Assembly: GCA_963842525.1 (NCBI GenBank) | Contig: CAWJGT010000009.1 | Span: forward strand, 480,001-544,000 | DNA length: 64,000 nt | DNA from: an uncultured Holophagales bacterium | GTDB taxonomy: Bacteria; Acidobacteriota; Thermoanaerobaculia; Multivoradales; UBA5704 | Reading direction: 5' to 3' | Part shown: one piece after another, positions 9,782 to 20,434 of the stretch | Numbering within the stretch: position 1 is the first letter of the stretch | How the letters are laid out: the number at the start of each line of letters is the position of its first letter | Notes under the pieces: generated by a model | Database searches by the model: none | What the model saw: the letters and a program-made list of their open reading frames with translations, nothing else | Told to the model about the DNA's origin: nothing | Position numbers and translations under genes: made by a program

Positions 9782-9818
9782 GGAGGCACAACAGCCGGCG
9801 GGAGGGCCGGACGGGATG

Positions 9819-9847
9819 TTGGACGCCGCGCGCTCCTGCCGTATACT
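9819..9847 (+). promoter_or_regulatory. Candidate sigma70 promoter for the 9959+ operon
   Basis: TTGGAC-17 bp-TATACT, about 110 bp upstream of the ATG at 9959. Confidence 0.45.
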
Positions 9848-9958
9848 CGCTCTCGTCCAAGCGCATCAGCTTGCTCGAACGAGCATCCGTTCCAGCCTGT
9901 TCGCCGCCGCCCTGTCGCCGGCGCGCCGGCCCCGCAGGACCCAGGAGAGGAGAACGCC

Positions 9959-10753
9959 ATGGCGAGGCCGAGCGCACCTTTCAACTACCTGAACGTGGAC
10001 GACCTGTTGTCGAAAACCAACGGATTCCTGATGTTCCTCGCTGTCATGGTCGGCCTGTCGTATGTCCTGTCGACCTTGGGATTCATCGTCATCATCTGGC
10101 GGGGCTACAAGACGAAGAGCTATGGCATGCCCGGCCTCAGCGTCGCGGCGGCGCTCTCGCTCTGTTTCTTCACGGGCTGGGTCGGTTCCTGGGCGGAGCC
10201 GTGTCTGTTTTTTGGCAAAGAGTCCTGGTATCTGCTCTGGATCTGGAGACTCTGGGCCGTCCTCAACCTGATCCTGTATGTCCAGTACATCCGATACGGT
10301 CAGAAAGACGTCATCGAGCCGCTGACCTCCTATTTCTACATGTATGCGGTCTTACTGGTCGTCGTTGCGGCCCTGACGCAATGGTCGTTCATCCTGTTCT
10401 TCCAGGACTATTACGTAAACATCGCCTGTCCGCTGCTGTGCATCCTGCCCATGGCCGCCGGCTACTTCGCAACACCCTTCCTCCGGAAAGACCTCAACGG
10501 CCTGTCGATACCCGGCGCATGGCTGACGCTGCTCGGGACGGCGCTTCTCTACCTCGCCGTGGTCCTCAACAACATGGCCGAACCCTATCCCGGGCATCAA
10601 CAGACCGGCTATGGCTTCATCTACTGGATCTATGGGATCACGGTCGCTCTCTTGTATGGCTATACGGTCATCCTGATCAAGAAGAGGAGTGTCCTCCGGG
10701 CCGCGGAGGCGGAGAAAGCAGGCGAGATGGCCGCCGCCGTGGAGGCTGCATAG
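9959..10753 (+). CDS. PaxB/Pyr4-like integral membrane protein (terpene-cyclase-like, divergent)
   Basis: About 7 TM; IIWRGYKTKSYGMP, W..LN.ILYVQYIRYG and R....GLS...AW...LGT resemble the PaxB/XiaE family; the N..WE motif is absent; RBS aggag. Confidence 0.6.
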   Translation: MARPSAPFNYLNVDDLLSKTNGFLMFLAVMVGLSYVLSTLGFIVIIWRGYKTKSYGMPGLSVAAALSLCFFTGWVGSWAEPCLFFGKESWYLLWIWRLWAVLNLILYVQYIRYGQKDVIEPLTSYFYMYAVLLVVVAALTQWSFILFFQDYYVNIACPLLCILPMAAGYFATPFLRKDLNGLSIPGAWLTLLGTALLYLAVVLNNMAEPYPGHQQTGYGFIYWIYGITVALLYGYTVILIKKRSVLRAAEAEKAGEMAAAVEAA

Positions 10754-10800
10754 ATGCGATCGAAGGGAAAGACGGGCCGTCCGGACACCGGCGTATGGAC

Positions 10801-12198
10801 ATGAGCGCGTCTGCCGTTGCGCTCCGTCCGGGCGGTGCGCCGGTCTGGCGGTCTCTCCCGGCGCTGTGGCGCGACCCCCTCGGCTTCCTGGAGTCGCTCG
10901 CCCGCGAGCAGGGGGACTTTGCCCAGGTCCGGCTCGGCTGGGTCCGGTTGTTCCTGCTCGGTCATCCCGACCTTGTCCAGGAGGCCCTGGTGACGAAGCA
11001 CGCGAGCTTCGAAAAGGGGCATCCGCTGAAGAAGGCGCGGCTGCTGCTCGGCAGGGGGCTGCTGACCAGCGAGGGGGAGCTCCATCAGCGGCAGCGGCGG
11101 CTGATCCAGCCGGCCTTCCACCGCCAGAGGATCGCGGCCTACGCCGGGTCGTTGGCGCGTTGCGCCGAGGAGATGCAGGACCTCTGGCAGGACGGCGGGG
11201 AGCTGGACGCCTCGGTCGAGATGATGCGGCTGTCCCAGCGGACCGTGGTCCGGACCCTGTTCGACACCGATGTGCAGGAGGACGAGGGGCGGTTGGCCGG
11301 CCGGGCTCTCGACACTCTCGTGCAGGGCTTCGGCCTGATGCTCCTCCCCGGCTTCGAGGTCCTGATGCGGCTGCCGCTCCCCAACATGCGGCGGTTGCGT
11401 CGCGCCCGGGCCGAGCTCGATCGCCTCATCTTCGGCTGGATCCGGGAGCGGCGGGAGAGCGGCGATCGGGGGGACGTGCTTTCGATGCTTCTCTTCGCCC
11501 GCGATGAGCAGAGCGGCGGCATGAGCGAGCAGCAGGTGCGCGACGAGGTCATGACGCTCTTCCTCGCCGGCCACGACACGACCGGCAACAGCATCGCCTG
11601 GACCTGGCATCTCCTGGCGCGCAACCCCGAGGTGGAGGCGAGATGGCACCAGGAGCTCGACGAGGTTCTGGGAGACCGTCTCCCGACGGCCGAGGACGTG
11701 GGGCTCCTGCGGTATACGCGGCAGGTGTTCCAGGAATCCCTGCGGCTCTTTCCCCCCGTGCCGGCGGTGGGCCGGCGGGCGGCCGAGGCGGTGGAGATCG
11801 GCGGTTGCCGCATCCCCCGGGGCTCCGTCGTCGAGGTCAGCCCGTGGCTGCTGCATCGCGACCCCCGCTACTTCCCGGAGCCGGAACGCTTCGCACCGGA
11901 GCGCTGGACGGAGGAGCTGGAGCGGCGCCTGCCGAAAGGGGCCTACATTCCGTTCGGCCTGGGGTCGCGTCTCTGTATCGGCATGCACCTCGCCTCTCTG
12001 GCGGGTATCGTCCTGCTCGCCACCCTCGGCCGGCGATGGCGCCTGCGGTCTGTCTCGGACCGGCCGGTGGCGCTCCTGCCACGCAGCATCACTCTGCGCC
12101 CCCAGGGCGGCCTGCGCATGCGGCTCGCGAGGCGTTGCCGGCAGACCGCGACCCGGTCGATGCAGACGAAAGGAGGAGACCGTGGAACCCCTCTCTGA
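10801..12198 (+). CDS. Cytochrome P450
   Basis: GLLTSEG, LFLAGHDTT (I-helix), ESLR (ExxR), PERF.PERW, YIPFGLGSRLCIG heme-Cys motif. Confidence 0.95.
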   Translation: MSASAVALRPGGAPVWRSLPALWRDPLGFLESLAREQGDFAQVRLGWVRLFLLGHPDLVQEALVTKHASFEKGHPLKKARLLLGRGLLTSEGELHQRQRRLIQPAFHRQRIAAYAGSLARCAEEMQDLWQDGGELDASVEMMRLSQRTVVRTLFDTDVQEDEGRLAGRALDTLVQGFGLMLLPGFEVLMRLPLPNMRRLRRARAELDRLIFGWIRERRESGDRGDVLSMLLFARDEQSGGMSEQQVRDEVMTLFLAGHDTTGNSIAWTWHLLARNPEVEARWHQELDEVLGDRLPTAEDVGLLRYTRQVFQESLRLFPPVPAVGRRAAEAVEIGGCRIPRGSVVEVSPWLLHRDPRYFPEPERFAPERWTEELERRLPKGAYIPFGLGSRLCIGMHLASLAGIVLLATLGRRWRLRSVSDRPVALLPRSITLRPQGGLRMRLARRCRQTATRSMQTKGGDRGTPL

Positions 12199-13075
12199 TG
12201 GAAACGTGGAGCCCCTTTCCGAGCCCTCTTCGGAGGAGACCAGCTCACGCGTCATCCCCTTCACATGGCCGGCCCTGAACGAGCTGACGACGCGGGGCAG
12301 GAAATATCTGGCCGCTGCGATCGCCGTGTCGTATCTGCTATGGACCGTGGCGCTGGTGATGATCATTGCCTGGGGCCGGTCCCACAACACCTTCGGCATG
12401 CCGGTACCGGGCGTCGTTACGCTGCTGTCGCTGTCGTTTCTCGCCGGCTGGATCGGGCCCTCGCGGGCGAAACACATTTTCTACCGGCACACCGCCGCCA
12501 AGCTGCAGATCTATATCTGGCGCGTATGGAGCATCCTTCTTCTGACGATCTATATCCAGTACCTGCAGACGGGGGGCTACACTCCGGGCCCGCTCCAGTT
12601 GGACTTCGTGTCCATCGCCTTCATAGAGCTCGGCATCGCCGCGGTCACGCAGTGGACGTTCATCATGTTTCTCGAGGACCATTTCGCGAACATCACCTGG
12701 CCGTTCATGGGTCTGCTCCCGATGTCCTGCGGATATTTTTTCTCGCTTTTCCTGGAGGCCCCCCAGGATTGGCACTTGCCGTTGATCCCGGCCTGGTTGA
12801 TTCTGATCGGGATGATCCTGCTCTACACCGCCATCACCCTCTTGGGCATCGGGCGATTCTTCGGGCAGTCCAGAAAAAACTTCGGTTTCATGTACTGGGT
12901 CTTCCTTCTTTCTCTTTCCCTGATGGTCATCTACGCGGTCATCGCGACGAAGACGGTCGAGGGAACAGGCGGGATGTTGCCCGCGACGGTCGGGATCCCG
13001 CCGGAGGCGACACCCTGCCCGGAAGAGACGCCTCCCCCGGTGGAGACGCCTCCCCCGCCGGCAGGCCTGCGATGA
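12182..13075 (+). CDS. Second PaxB/Pyr4-like membrane protein, paralog of 9959-10753
   Basis: Shares FGMP, GW.G, IWR.W, Y.QY, TQW.FI.F..D...NI, LPM..GYF, AWL.L.G..LLY and (Y/F)GF.YW with the first paralog; Pro-rich tail. Confidence 0.6.
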   Translation: MEPLSDGNVEPLSEPSSEETSSRVIPFTWPALNELTTRGRKYLAAAIAVSYLLWTVALVMIIAWGRSHNTFGMPVPGVVTLLSLSFLAGWIGPSRAKHIFYRHTAAKLQIYIWRVWSILLLTIYIQYLQTGGYTPGPLQLDFVSIAFIELGIAAVTQWTFIMFLEDHFANITWPFMGLLPMSCGYFFSLFLEAPQDWHLPLIPAWLILIGMILLYTAITLLGIGRFFGQSRKNFGFMYWVFLLSLSLMVIYAVIATKTVEGTGGMLPATVGIPPEATPCPEETPPPVETPPPPAGLR

Positions 13076-13881
13076 GACGGCCAACGGTGCGGGGAAGCCT
13101 CTTCACACCGATCCCCAGGATCTTGCACCAGACCTGGAAGACCCCGGACCTGCCGCCGCAGTGGCGGCCGTTCCGGGACTCCTGGCTGCGCCACCACCCC
13201 GGCTGGCGGCACGTCCTGTGGACGGACGAGGACAACCGGCGCCTGATCGCTGAGCACCATCCCTGGTTCCTGCCCACCTACGACGCGTTTCCTCGCCCCA
13301 TCCAGCGGGTCGACGCGGCGAAGTACTTCATCCTCCATACGCTGGGCGGGGTCTACGCCGACCTCGACAGCGAGTGCTTCAGGCCGCTGGACCCCCTCCT
13401 CGCACGCGGCGGTGCGGTGGTCGGCCGCGCGCGCAATGGGGTGATCGAATGCGCCGTCCTTGCCTCGCCGCCCCGCCATCCGCTGTGGGAGATCGCCTTC
13501 CGTGAGATGCAGGAGCCGCCGTTGGTCGCCCGCCTCTTCCACGGCAGGTGGCGCGTCGATGCGACGTACGTGCTGTTCTCCACCGGTCCGCAGATGATGC
13601 GGCGGGCCGTGCGCCGCTATCTGGCGGAGCACGGCCGCAGCGAGGCCGCTGCGGGCATCACCGTCCTTCCTCCGCGCTATCTCTCGGCCCGGACCTGGTT
13701 GCAGCGGTACGAGCGCTTCGACGAGCCGGAGGCGTTCGTCCGGCATCACTACAGCGACTCGTGGCTGCGGCCCGAGGAGCTGGCCCTGAACCGCTGGCTC
13801 ACGGCAAAGACGGTCTTCGCCGTCGTCGGCGGGCTGCTCCTCGCGGTGAGCGGGCTCGCGCTGGCGCAGGCGCTGCTGTGA
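13072..13881 (+). CDS. GT32 / Och1-Sur1-like glycosyltransferase with C-terminal TM anchor
   Basis: IPRILHQTWK, LWTDED, QRVDAAKYFILHTLGGVYADLD (DxD), STGP, HHYSDSW. Confidence 0.9.
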   Translation: MRRPTVRGSLFTPIPRILHQTWKTPDLPPQWRPFRDSWLRHHPGWRHVLWTDEDNRRLIAEHHPWFLPTYDAFPRPIQRVDAAKYFILHTLGGVYADLDSECFRPLDPLLARGGAVVGRARNGVIECAVLASPPRHPLWEIAFREMQEPPLVARLFHGRWRVDATYVLFSTGPQMMRRAVRRYLAEHGRSEAAAGITVLPPRYLSARTWLQRYERFDEPEAFVRHHYSDSWLRPEELALNRWLTAKTVFAVVGGLLLAVSGLALAQALL

Positions 13882-13903
13882 GGCCGGTCCGGAACCGCAC
13901 GCC

Positions 13904-15689
13904 ATGAGCGCTCCGCGCTGCTACGTCGGCCTGGCCGCCACTCTGCACGACCCGGCGCTGGCGATCGTGGGCCCTGCGGGGGAGGTGCTCTTCGCCGAGG
14001 CCGAGGAGCGCCCGCTCCAGTCCAAGCGGGCGTTCAACAGCCCTCCCGACGCCCTGGGCCGGTGTGCCGCCCTGATCCGCGAGCACTGTCCGCCGGGCGC
14101 CGACGTGGTGGCTGCCGTGTCCTGGAGCCGGGGGCTCCTCGACCGCCTTCGTCTCGCCATGCTGTGCGATCTGCCGCTGCTCCGGCCGTTGCTCGGGCCG
14201 CTCGTCGATCGCGCCTTCCGGCGCCGGGACCCCCTGCTCTGGCCGCTGCCCGACTTCCGCTGCCTGGCCCGTTCGATGCTGAGCAGCCTGGAGCAGGCGG
14301 GCGTCAACCTGACCTGGGCCGGCGCCGTGCCGCGTGGCCGCGAGCCCCGCCGCTACGATCATCACCTGGCGCACGCTGCCACGGCGTGCTACACCAGCCC
14401 CTTCGACGAGGCCGTCTGCGCCGTCGTCGACGGTTTCGGGGAGTGGACGTCGACGGCTTTCTTCCACTTCCGGAACGGCCGTCTGCGGCGGCTCGGACCC
14501 CACGGCCCGCGGGGGAGCGCGCACCGCGGCAGCCTGGGGATGTTCTACGCCACGCTCTGTGCCCTCTGCGGCTTCGATCCGCTGCGTGGCGAGGAGTGGA
14601 AGGTGATGGGCCTGGCGCCGTACGGGCAGGTCGACCCGGACCTCTACCGGCGGCTGCGGTCGCTGCTCCGGGTCCGCGGGCTGGAGCTGCTGGCGGGGTG
14701 CCCGCCGGAGGAGCACCGCCGCCGGATCGAGGAGCTTCTCCCGACTCGCCCGCGGGCCGGAGCATTCCCAGCTCGTTGCCGCCGACCTCGCCTGCACCGG
14801 GCAGGCCGTCTTCGCCGAGATCATGCGGGAGCTGCTGGGCCATCTCCACGGCCTCGGCCTGTCGGACAACCTGGTGCTGGCCGGCGGCTGTGCCCTCAAC
14901 TCGGCGTGGAACGGCCGGATCTGCGCGGAGACGCCGTTCCGGCGGCTGTTCGTCCCCTGTGCGCCGGCCGACGACGGCACCTCGCTGGGCGCCGCATTCC
15001 TGGCTTTCTGCGCCGACCATCCCGGGGCCGTTCCGCCGCGCGGGCCGCAGAGCCCGTTCCTCGGCTCGGCGCCGTGCCGGGCGACCCTGGAGAGGCTCGT
15101 ACGCTCGGGCGGGCTCCCCAGGGTGCGGCACCTGCCGGGCGAGGTGACGCGCCACACCGCCGAGCTGCTGGCGCGCGGCCGTGTCGTCGGCTGGATGCAG
15201 GGGAGGGCGGAGCTCGGGCCGCGGGCCCTGGGCCACCGCTCGATCCTGGCGGACCCGCGCCGTGCCGACATGAAAGACCGGATCAACGCGGCGGTGAAGC
15301 TCCGGGAAGGGTTTCGGCCCTTCGCTCCGGCCATCCCCCACGAGCTCGGCCCGCAGTACTTCGAGAGCTACCAGGACTCTCCCTACATGGACCGCGCCCT
15401 GGTGTTCCGGCCAGAGGTCCGCGACCGGGTCCCGGCGGTGGTGCACGTGGACGGCACCGGCCGGCTGCAGTCGGTGCGCCGGGAGTGGTGCGGGCGTTTC
15501 CACCGGCTGCTGATGGATTTCCACGAGCGGACCGGCGTGCCGGTGCTGCTCAACACGAGCTTCAACGTCATGGGCAGGCCGATGGTCCACGCGGTCGAGG
15601 ATGCGGTGGCCGCCTTCCTCACCACCGGGCTGGACGCCCTGGTCATCGAGGACTACCTGTTCGAGAAGCCCGAAGGGGATGCGCGGTGA
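13904..15689 (+). CDS. Carbamoyltransferase (NodU/CmcH/TobZ family), frameshifted near 14765
   Basis: N-half: HDPALA..EER...K, DHHLAHA, VDGFGE, GEEWKVMGLAPYG; C-half (ORF 14823-15689): AGGCALNS, ELGPRALGHRSILADP, VHVDGTGRLQ, LLNTSFN. Confidence 0.9.
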
Positions 15690-17032
15690 CGGATGCGCTC
15701 GCGGTGGAGCTGCGCCGCGGGGTCGAGGGGGAGGTCCGCACCGACGGGATGGCGGCCCGGTCCACCGATTTCGGGCGGCTCGTGCGGAAGACGCCACGCG
15801 TGATCGTCCGGCCGGCCGGCGAGCGGGACCTGGTCCATGCCCTGCGGGTCGCCCGGTCCCATGGCATCCCCGTCACCCTCCAAGGCAGCGCCCATTCGAT
15901 CAACGGCCAGTCCCTGAGCGATCAGGGGATCCTGATCGCCAACGTCCGTCGCCGGAGCGAGCCCCCCCGGCCGCTGCCGGGCGGTCGGATCGAGGTGTCG
16001 GCGCGGAGCCGTTGGCTCGACGTCGAGCGGAGCCTGCACCCCGCCGGCCAATGTGTGCCGGTGCTCGCCGACTACCTCCCCCTGTCCGTGGGGGGCACCC
16101 TGTCCGTGGGCGGCTACGGCATCGACTCCATCGCCGACGGCGCCCTGGTGGATCAGGTGGAGCGGCTTCGCCTGGTCCTGCCCGACGGCTCGGCCCTCTG
16201 GTGCTCCCGGGAGGAACAGGACGAGCTCTTCCGGTTCGCCCTGGCCGGGATGGGCCAGGTGGGGGCGGTGGAGCGGGCCGTGATCCGCACGCGTCCCTAC
16301 CGGCCGGTGACGGTCCTCTTCACGCATCGCCACGGGAGCCTGGTCGAGATGGTCGAGGCGCTGGAGGATCTGACCCGGGAAGGGGAGCCGCTGCCGGAGC
16401 TCTGCAAGGGCCTCTCGTCCCGAGGCCGGTTCCTGACCACCTGCGGAGCCCACGCCGACAGCCTGGGAGCGGCCCTCGCGGCGGCACCGCCGCCCGCCTG
16501 GCGCGGGTCCGCGGCGCGGCGGCTGATCTGTCCGGCCTACCGGGCCTGGAGGAGCCGCACGGTCGCCTTCTGGACGGCGCGCTTCCACCGCCGGATCAAG
16601 CTGTGGAGCGACTACGTCCTCGATTTCGCGGGCCTGCGCGCGCTGGCGGCCCACGCCGCCGAGCTGATCGACCGGGATGCCTTCGCCGGGTGCCTGCAGG
16701 CTGTCTATATCGTCCCGATCCGGCGGCCCCCCGGCGCTGCCGATCTGCCGTTCGAGGCCGCCGGCATCCGCGGCGCGCGGATCAAGCTCGGCATCGGCTT
16801 CTACACCATGGTGCCGCCGCGGGACCGCGAGGCCCTGCTGCGCGTCCAGGCGGCGGCGGCTTCCTGTCTCGCCAAGTGCGTCGAAGTAGGCGGGCGACCC
16901 TATCTCTACGGCTGGCACCGGCTCGACCGGCAGATGCTGGCGGACCTCTACGGCAGCGCCTGGACCCGGATGCTCGAGCTGCGCCGCGAGCTCGATCCCG
17001 GGGGTGTCTTCCAGCCGGACAAGCTGCCGTGA
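15686..17032 (+). CDS. FAD-linked oxidoreductase (VAO/PCMH fold), cytokinin-dehydrogenase-like
   Basis: GTG start overlapping the upstream stop; STDFG, P..IVRP, QGSAHSINGQS, DYLPLSVGGTLSVGGYG, LF...LAGMGQVG, C-terminal DPGGVFQP. Confidence 0.85.
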   Translation: MTDALAVELRRGVEGEVRTDGMAARSTDFGRLVRKTPRVIVRPAGERDLVHALRVARSHGIPVTLQGSAHSINGQSLSDQGILIANVRRRSEPPRPLPGGRIEVSARSRWLDVERSLHPAGQCVPVLADYLPLSVGGTLSVGGYGIDSIADGALVDQVERLRLVLPDGSALWCSREEQDELFRFALAGMGQVGAVERAVIRTRPYRPVTVLFTHRHGSLVEMVEALEDLTREGEPLPELCKGLSSRGRFLTTCGAHADSLGAALAAAPPPAWRGSAARRLICPAYRAWRSRTVAFWTARFHRRIKLWSDYVLDFAGLRALAAHAAELIDRDAFAGCLQAVYIVPIRRPPGAADLPFEAAGIRGARIKLGIGFYTMVPPRDREALLRVQAAAASCLAKCVEVGGRPYLYGWHRLDRQMLADLYGSAWTRMLELRRELDPGGVFQPDKLP

Positions 17033-17082
17033 CCCCTGGGATCGCACTGGAATTCGAGTCATACTAGCGGCGGAGCTCTGTC

Positions 17083-20000
17083 ATGCGTTGTCCCACCTGC
17101 CTGCTCGAAAACCCGGAGGGGATGCGGCACTGCGGCGGCTGCGGCAGCCCTCTGCCAATGCAATGCCCGCGCTGCGGCGGGCTCGTCCCCCCGAAGTTCC
17201 GGTTCTGCGGCCACTGCGGCTCGGAGCTCGGCAGCGTTGCGGAGGCGAGCGGGACGATCGCGGTCACCGACAGCGGGGAGGACCGGCGCCTGCTCACGGT
17301 GCTGTTCTGCGACCTGGTCGGCTCAACGGCGCTCTCCGAACGGCTCGATCCGGAGGATCTGCGGGAGGTCGTGCGTGCCTACCAGCGGACCGCCAGCGAG
17401 GTCGTGGAGCGCTTCTCCGGGCACGTGGCGCAGTTCCTGGGGGACGGGCTCCTGATCTATTTCGGCTATCCCCAGGCCCATGAGGACGACGCCCGCCGGG
17501 CGGTCCTCGCCGGTCTCGGCATCCTCCAGGCCATCGAGGGGCTGGATGCGCGGATGGCGCTCCGCGGCATCCGGCTTGCGGTGCGGCTGGGGATCCACAC
17601 CGGGCCCGTCGTGATCGGACGCGTGGGCACGGACAGCTCCTCGGAGAGGCTCGCGCTCGGCTCGACCCTCAACATCGCCGCCCGCCTGCAGGGCCTCGCC
17701 GAGCCGGGCACCCTGGTGCTGAGCCATTCCACCTACAAGCTCGTCGAGCCGTTTTTCTTCTGTCTCCCCCTGGGGGCGCAGGCCCTCAAGGGGGTCTCGC
17801 GGCCCGTCGAGGTGTATCGGGTCGTGGCGGAAAAAGGCGCCGGGGATCCCCAGGATACGACGGCCTCCGGCGGGTCCGCACCCATGGTGGGTCGCGAGAA
17901 CGCCCGGTCGCGTCTGACCGAGTGGCTCGCGTGCTCGCGCCACGGCGCCGGGCAGGCCGTGCTCGTCGTCGCCGAGCCGGGGGTCGGCAAGTCGCGTCTT
18001 GTGCGGGCGTTGCGCGAGCAACCCGAAACGCGGCAGCATACCTGGTTGCCGGGATACTGCTCACCCTACGAAGAGACCAGCGCCCTCGGCCCCTTCCTCC
18101 ACATCTTCCGCCGGCTTTTTCGCCTGCGGCGGGAGGATGGCAACGAGGAGAAGCTTCGCAAGCTCGAGGAGGCCCTGGCAGGCCGGAGCGCCTCCGGAGA
18201 GGCCCTGCCCCTGCTCGCGGCCCTCCTCTCGCTGCCGCCGCGGGAGTCCTGGGCGCCGCTGGAGATGAGCGCCCAGAAGCAGAAGCAGAGGACGCTCGAG
18301 TGCATCGTCGAGCTGCTCACCGGCATGGCCCGGGAGCGGCCGTTGGTCTTCTGCCTGGAGGACCTCCACTGGGCCGACCCGTCATCCCTCGAGCTCGTGG
18401 GCATGCTGGTGCGCGCGGCGGAGACCGCGCCTCTCCTGGTCCTTCTGACCACCCGCCCGTCCTTCAATCCGTCCGCGGAGATCCAGCGTGCGGCAACCCT
18501 CACTCTGGACCGGCTCAACCGCGAGCAGTCCGAGGTGATCATCGCGGGGCTCACGCGGGGCAAGGCGCTGCCCGGGCTGGTGCTGGAGCAGCTCCTGGCC
18601 AAGGCCGACGGCATCCCGCTGTTTCTCGAGGAGCTGACCCGGACGGTGCTGGAATCGGGCGAGCTGCGGGAGGACAAGGACAGATTCGAGCTGGGCAGTG
18701 GGACCGTCTCCGTGACCATCCCCGATTCGCTGCGGGGGTCGCTGACCGCCCGCCTCGATCGCCTGGGGACCGTGCGCGAGGTGGCAAAGCTCGGAGCTGT
18801 GCTGGGACGGGAGTTCAGCTATGTCCTCATCGCGGCGATCTCGTCCCAGGACCCGGCCTCCCTGCAGCGGGGTCTGGAGCAGCTCGTCCGCGCGGAGCTC
18901 CTCTTCCAGCGCGGCCGGCTGCCGGATGCGACCTTCATTTTCAAGCACGCGCTGCTGCAGGAGGCGGCCTACGAGCTCCTGCTCCGGACCACGCGGCAGC
19001 AGTACCACCTGCGTATCGCCGAGGTCCTGATCGAGCGCTTCGCGGAACGCGCGGCGGCGCAGCCCGAGCTCGTCGCCCAGCACTTCACGGCAGCGGGCCA
19101 CCTCGCCCCGGCGATCGCCTACTGGCTCAAGGCCGGCACCCAGGCGCAGCAGCGGTCCGCCAACCTGGAGGCGATCCAGCACCTGGAAAGGGGTGTGGAG
19201 CTGCTCGCTGCCCTGCCCGCGAGCCCCGAGCGGGACGCGCAGGAGCTGCAGCTCCAGCTCTCTCTCGGCATGGCCCTGGCCTCGGTCGACGGCTTCGTGG
19301 CTCCCAAGGTCGAGCGTGCCTTGCGGCAGGCCAAGGACCTGTGCGACCGGATGGACGATGCTCCGGAGCTTTTCTGGGTGCTCCTCGGCCTGAGGAACTT
19401 CCGCCAGGTGCGTGGAGAGCTCCTGGAAGCGGAACGGCTGACCTTGCGGATGCTGGAGCTCGCCGAGGCGCGCCAGGAGCCGCTCCTCCTCGCCACGGCC
19501 CTCTCGGCTTCCTGCATGATCAACTTCTATCTGGGAGATTTCGCCAAGGCGCGGGAGCACGCTGAACGGAGCCTTGCCCTCGGCGATTCCTACGATGCGA
19601 TGTCTCTGACGCGCGCCGGGATCGAAACGCCGGTCGGCTCCCACGCCTATCTGTCGCTCGTGCTCTGGCATCTGGGCTATCCGGGAGCTCGCAATCCGGC
19701 ACGGCGACATGGCAGTCGCCGTGGCCCGACGCGGCGGGCACGCGTACTCCCTCGCGTCGGCGCTGGTGTTCGGCGGCGTGGAGCTATGGCAATTCCTCCG
19801 CGACGCGGAGAAGGTCACCGCCCACGCGGAGGAGCTTTTCGCCGTCTGCCAGAAAGGCGGCTTCGCGCTTTGGGAGACCCAGGCATTCCTGTTCGGAGGA
19901 TGGGCCGCGGCCCATGCCGGCGGCAGCTCGGACGAGGGGACATGGTCGCAGAGCATCGAGCGCGGGCTTGCCATCCTCGACGCGATCGGAGGGCTCCTCG

Positions 20001-20434
20001 CCATGCCCTACTTCCTGAGCCTGAAGATCGAAGCCTGCCTGCATCACCACCGGCTGCCGGAAGCCCGCGAGATGTTGGAGAGAGCTTTCGCCATTGCGGC
20101 GCAGACGCGAGAGTCCTGCTGGAATGCGGAGCTCCACCGCCTCCACGGAGAGCTGATCCTGGCGGAGACAGGAGGGGGTGGCGCCGAGCAGGCCGAAGAA
20201 GTCTTCCAGAAGGGCTTGGAGACAGCCCGGAGCCAGGGCTCGCGAGGTCTGGAGCTGCGTGCCGCGGTCAGCCTGGGACGGCTGTGGAAGGAGCGCCGGA
20301 GGCCTGCCGCCGTCTGCGAGCTCCTGGAACCACTCTACGGCTGGTTCCAGGAGGGCTTCGCGACGCGCGAGCTGCAAGAGGCGCGGGCGTTGCTCGACGC
20401 CTGCCGCGTGGCCGAGCCCGCGTCTACCACTTGA
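17083..20434 (+). CDS. Zinc-ribbon / class III adenylate-guanylate cyclase / AAA ATPase / TPR protein, frameshifted near 19690
   Basis: Double CxxC ribbons; VLFCDLVGST, FLGDG, NIAARLQ; AEPGVGKSRL; EDLHWAD; C-terminus continues in ORF 19709-20434 (ELRAAVSLGRLW, WFQEGF). Confidence 0.9.

Noticed and set aside
9739-12198. 819 aa ORF suggesting a long N-terminal extension on the P450
   Set aside because: The upstream part overlaps the well-formed membrane gene 9959-10753 in another frame. P450 homology begins near 10801.
13904-17032. Apparent 1042 aa carbamoyltransferase-oxidase fusion in the ORF track
   Set aside because: The middle third is off-frame nonsense. The real carbamoyltransferase C-half is in ORF 14823-15689 and the oxidase has its own GTG at 15686. 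One indel explains it.
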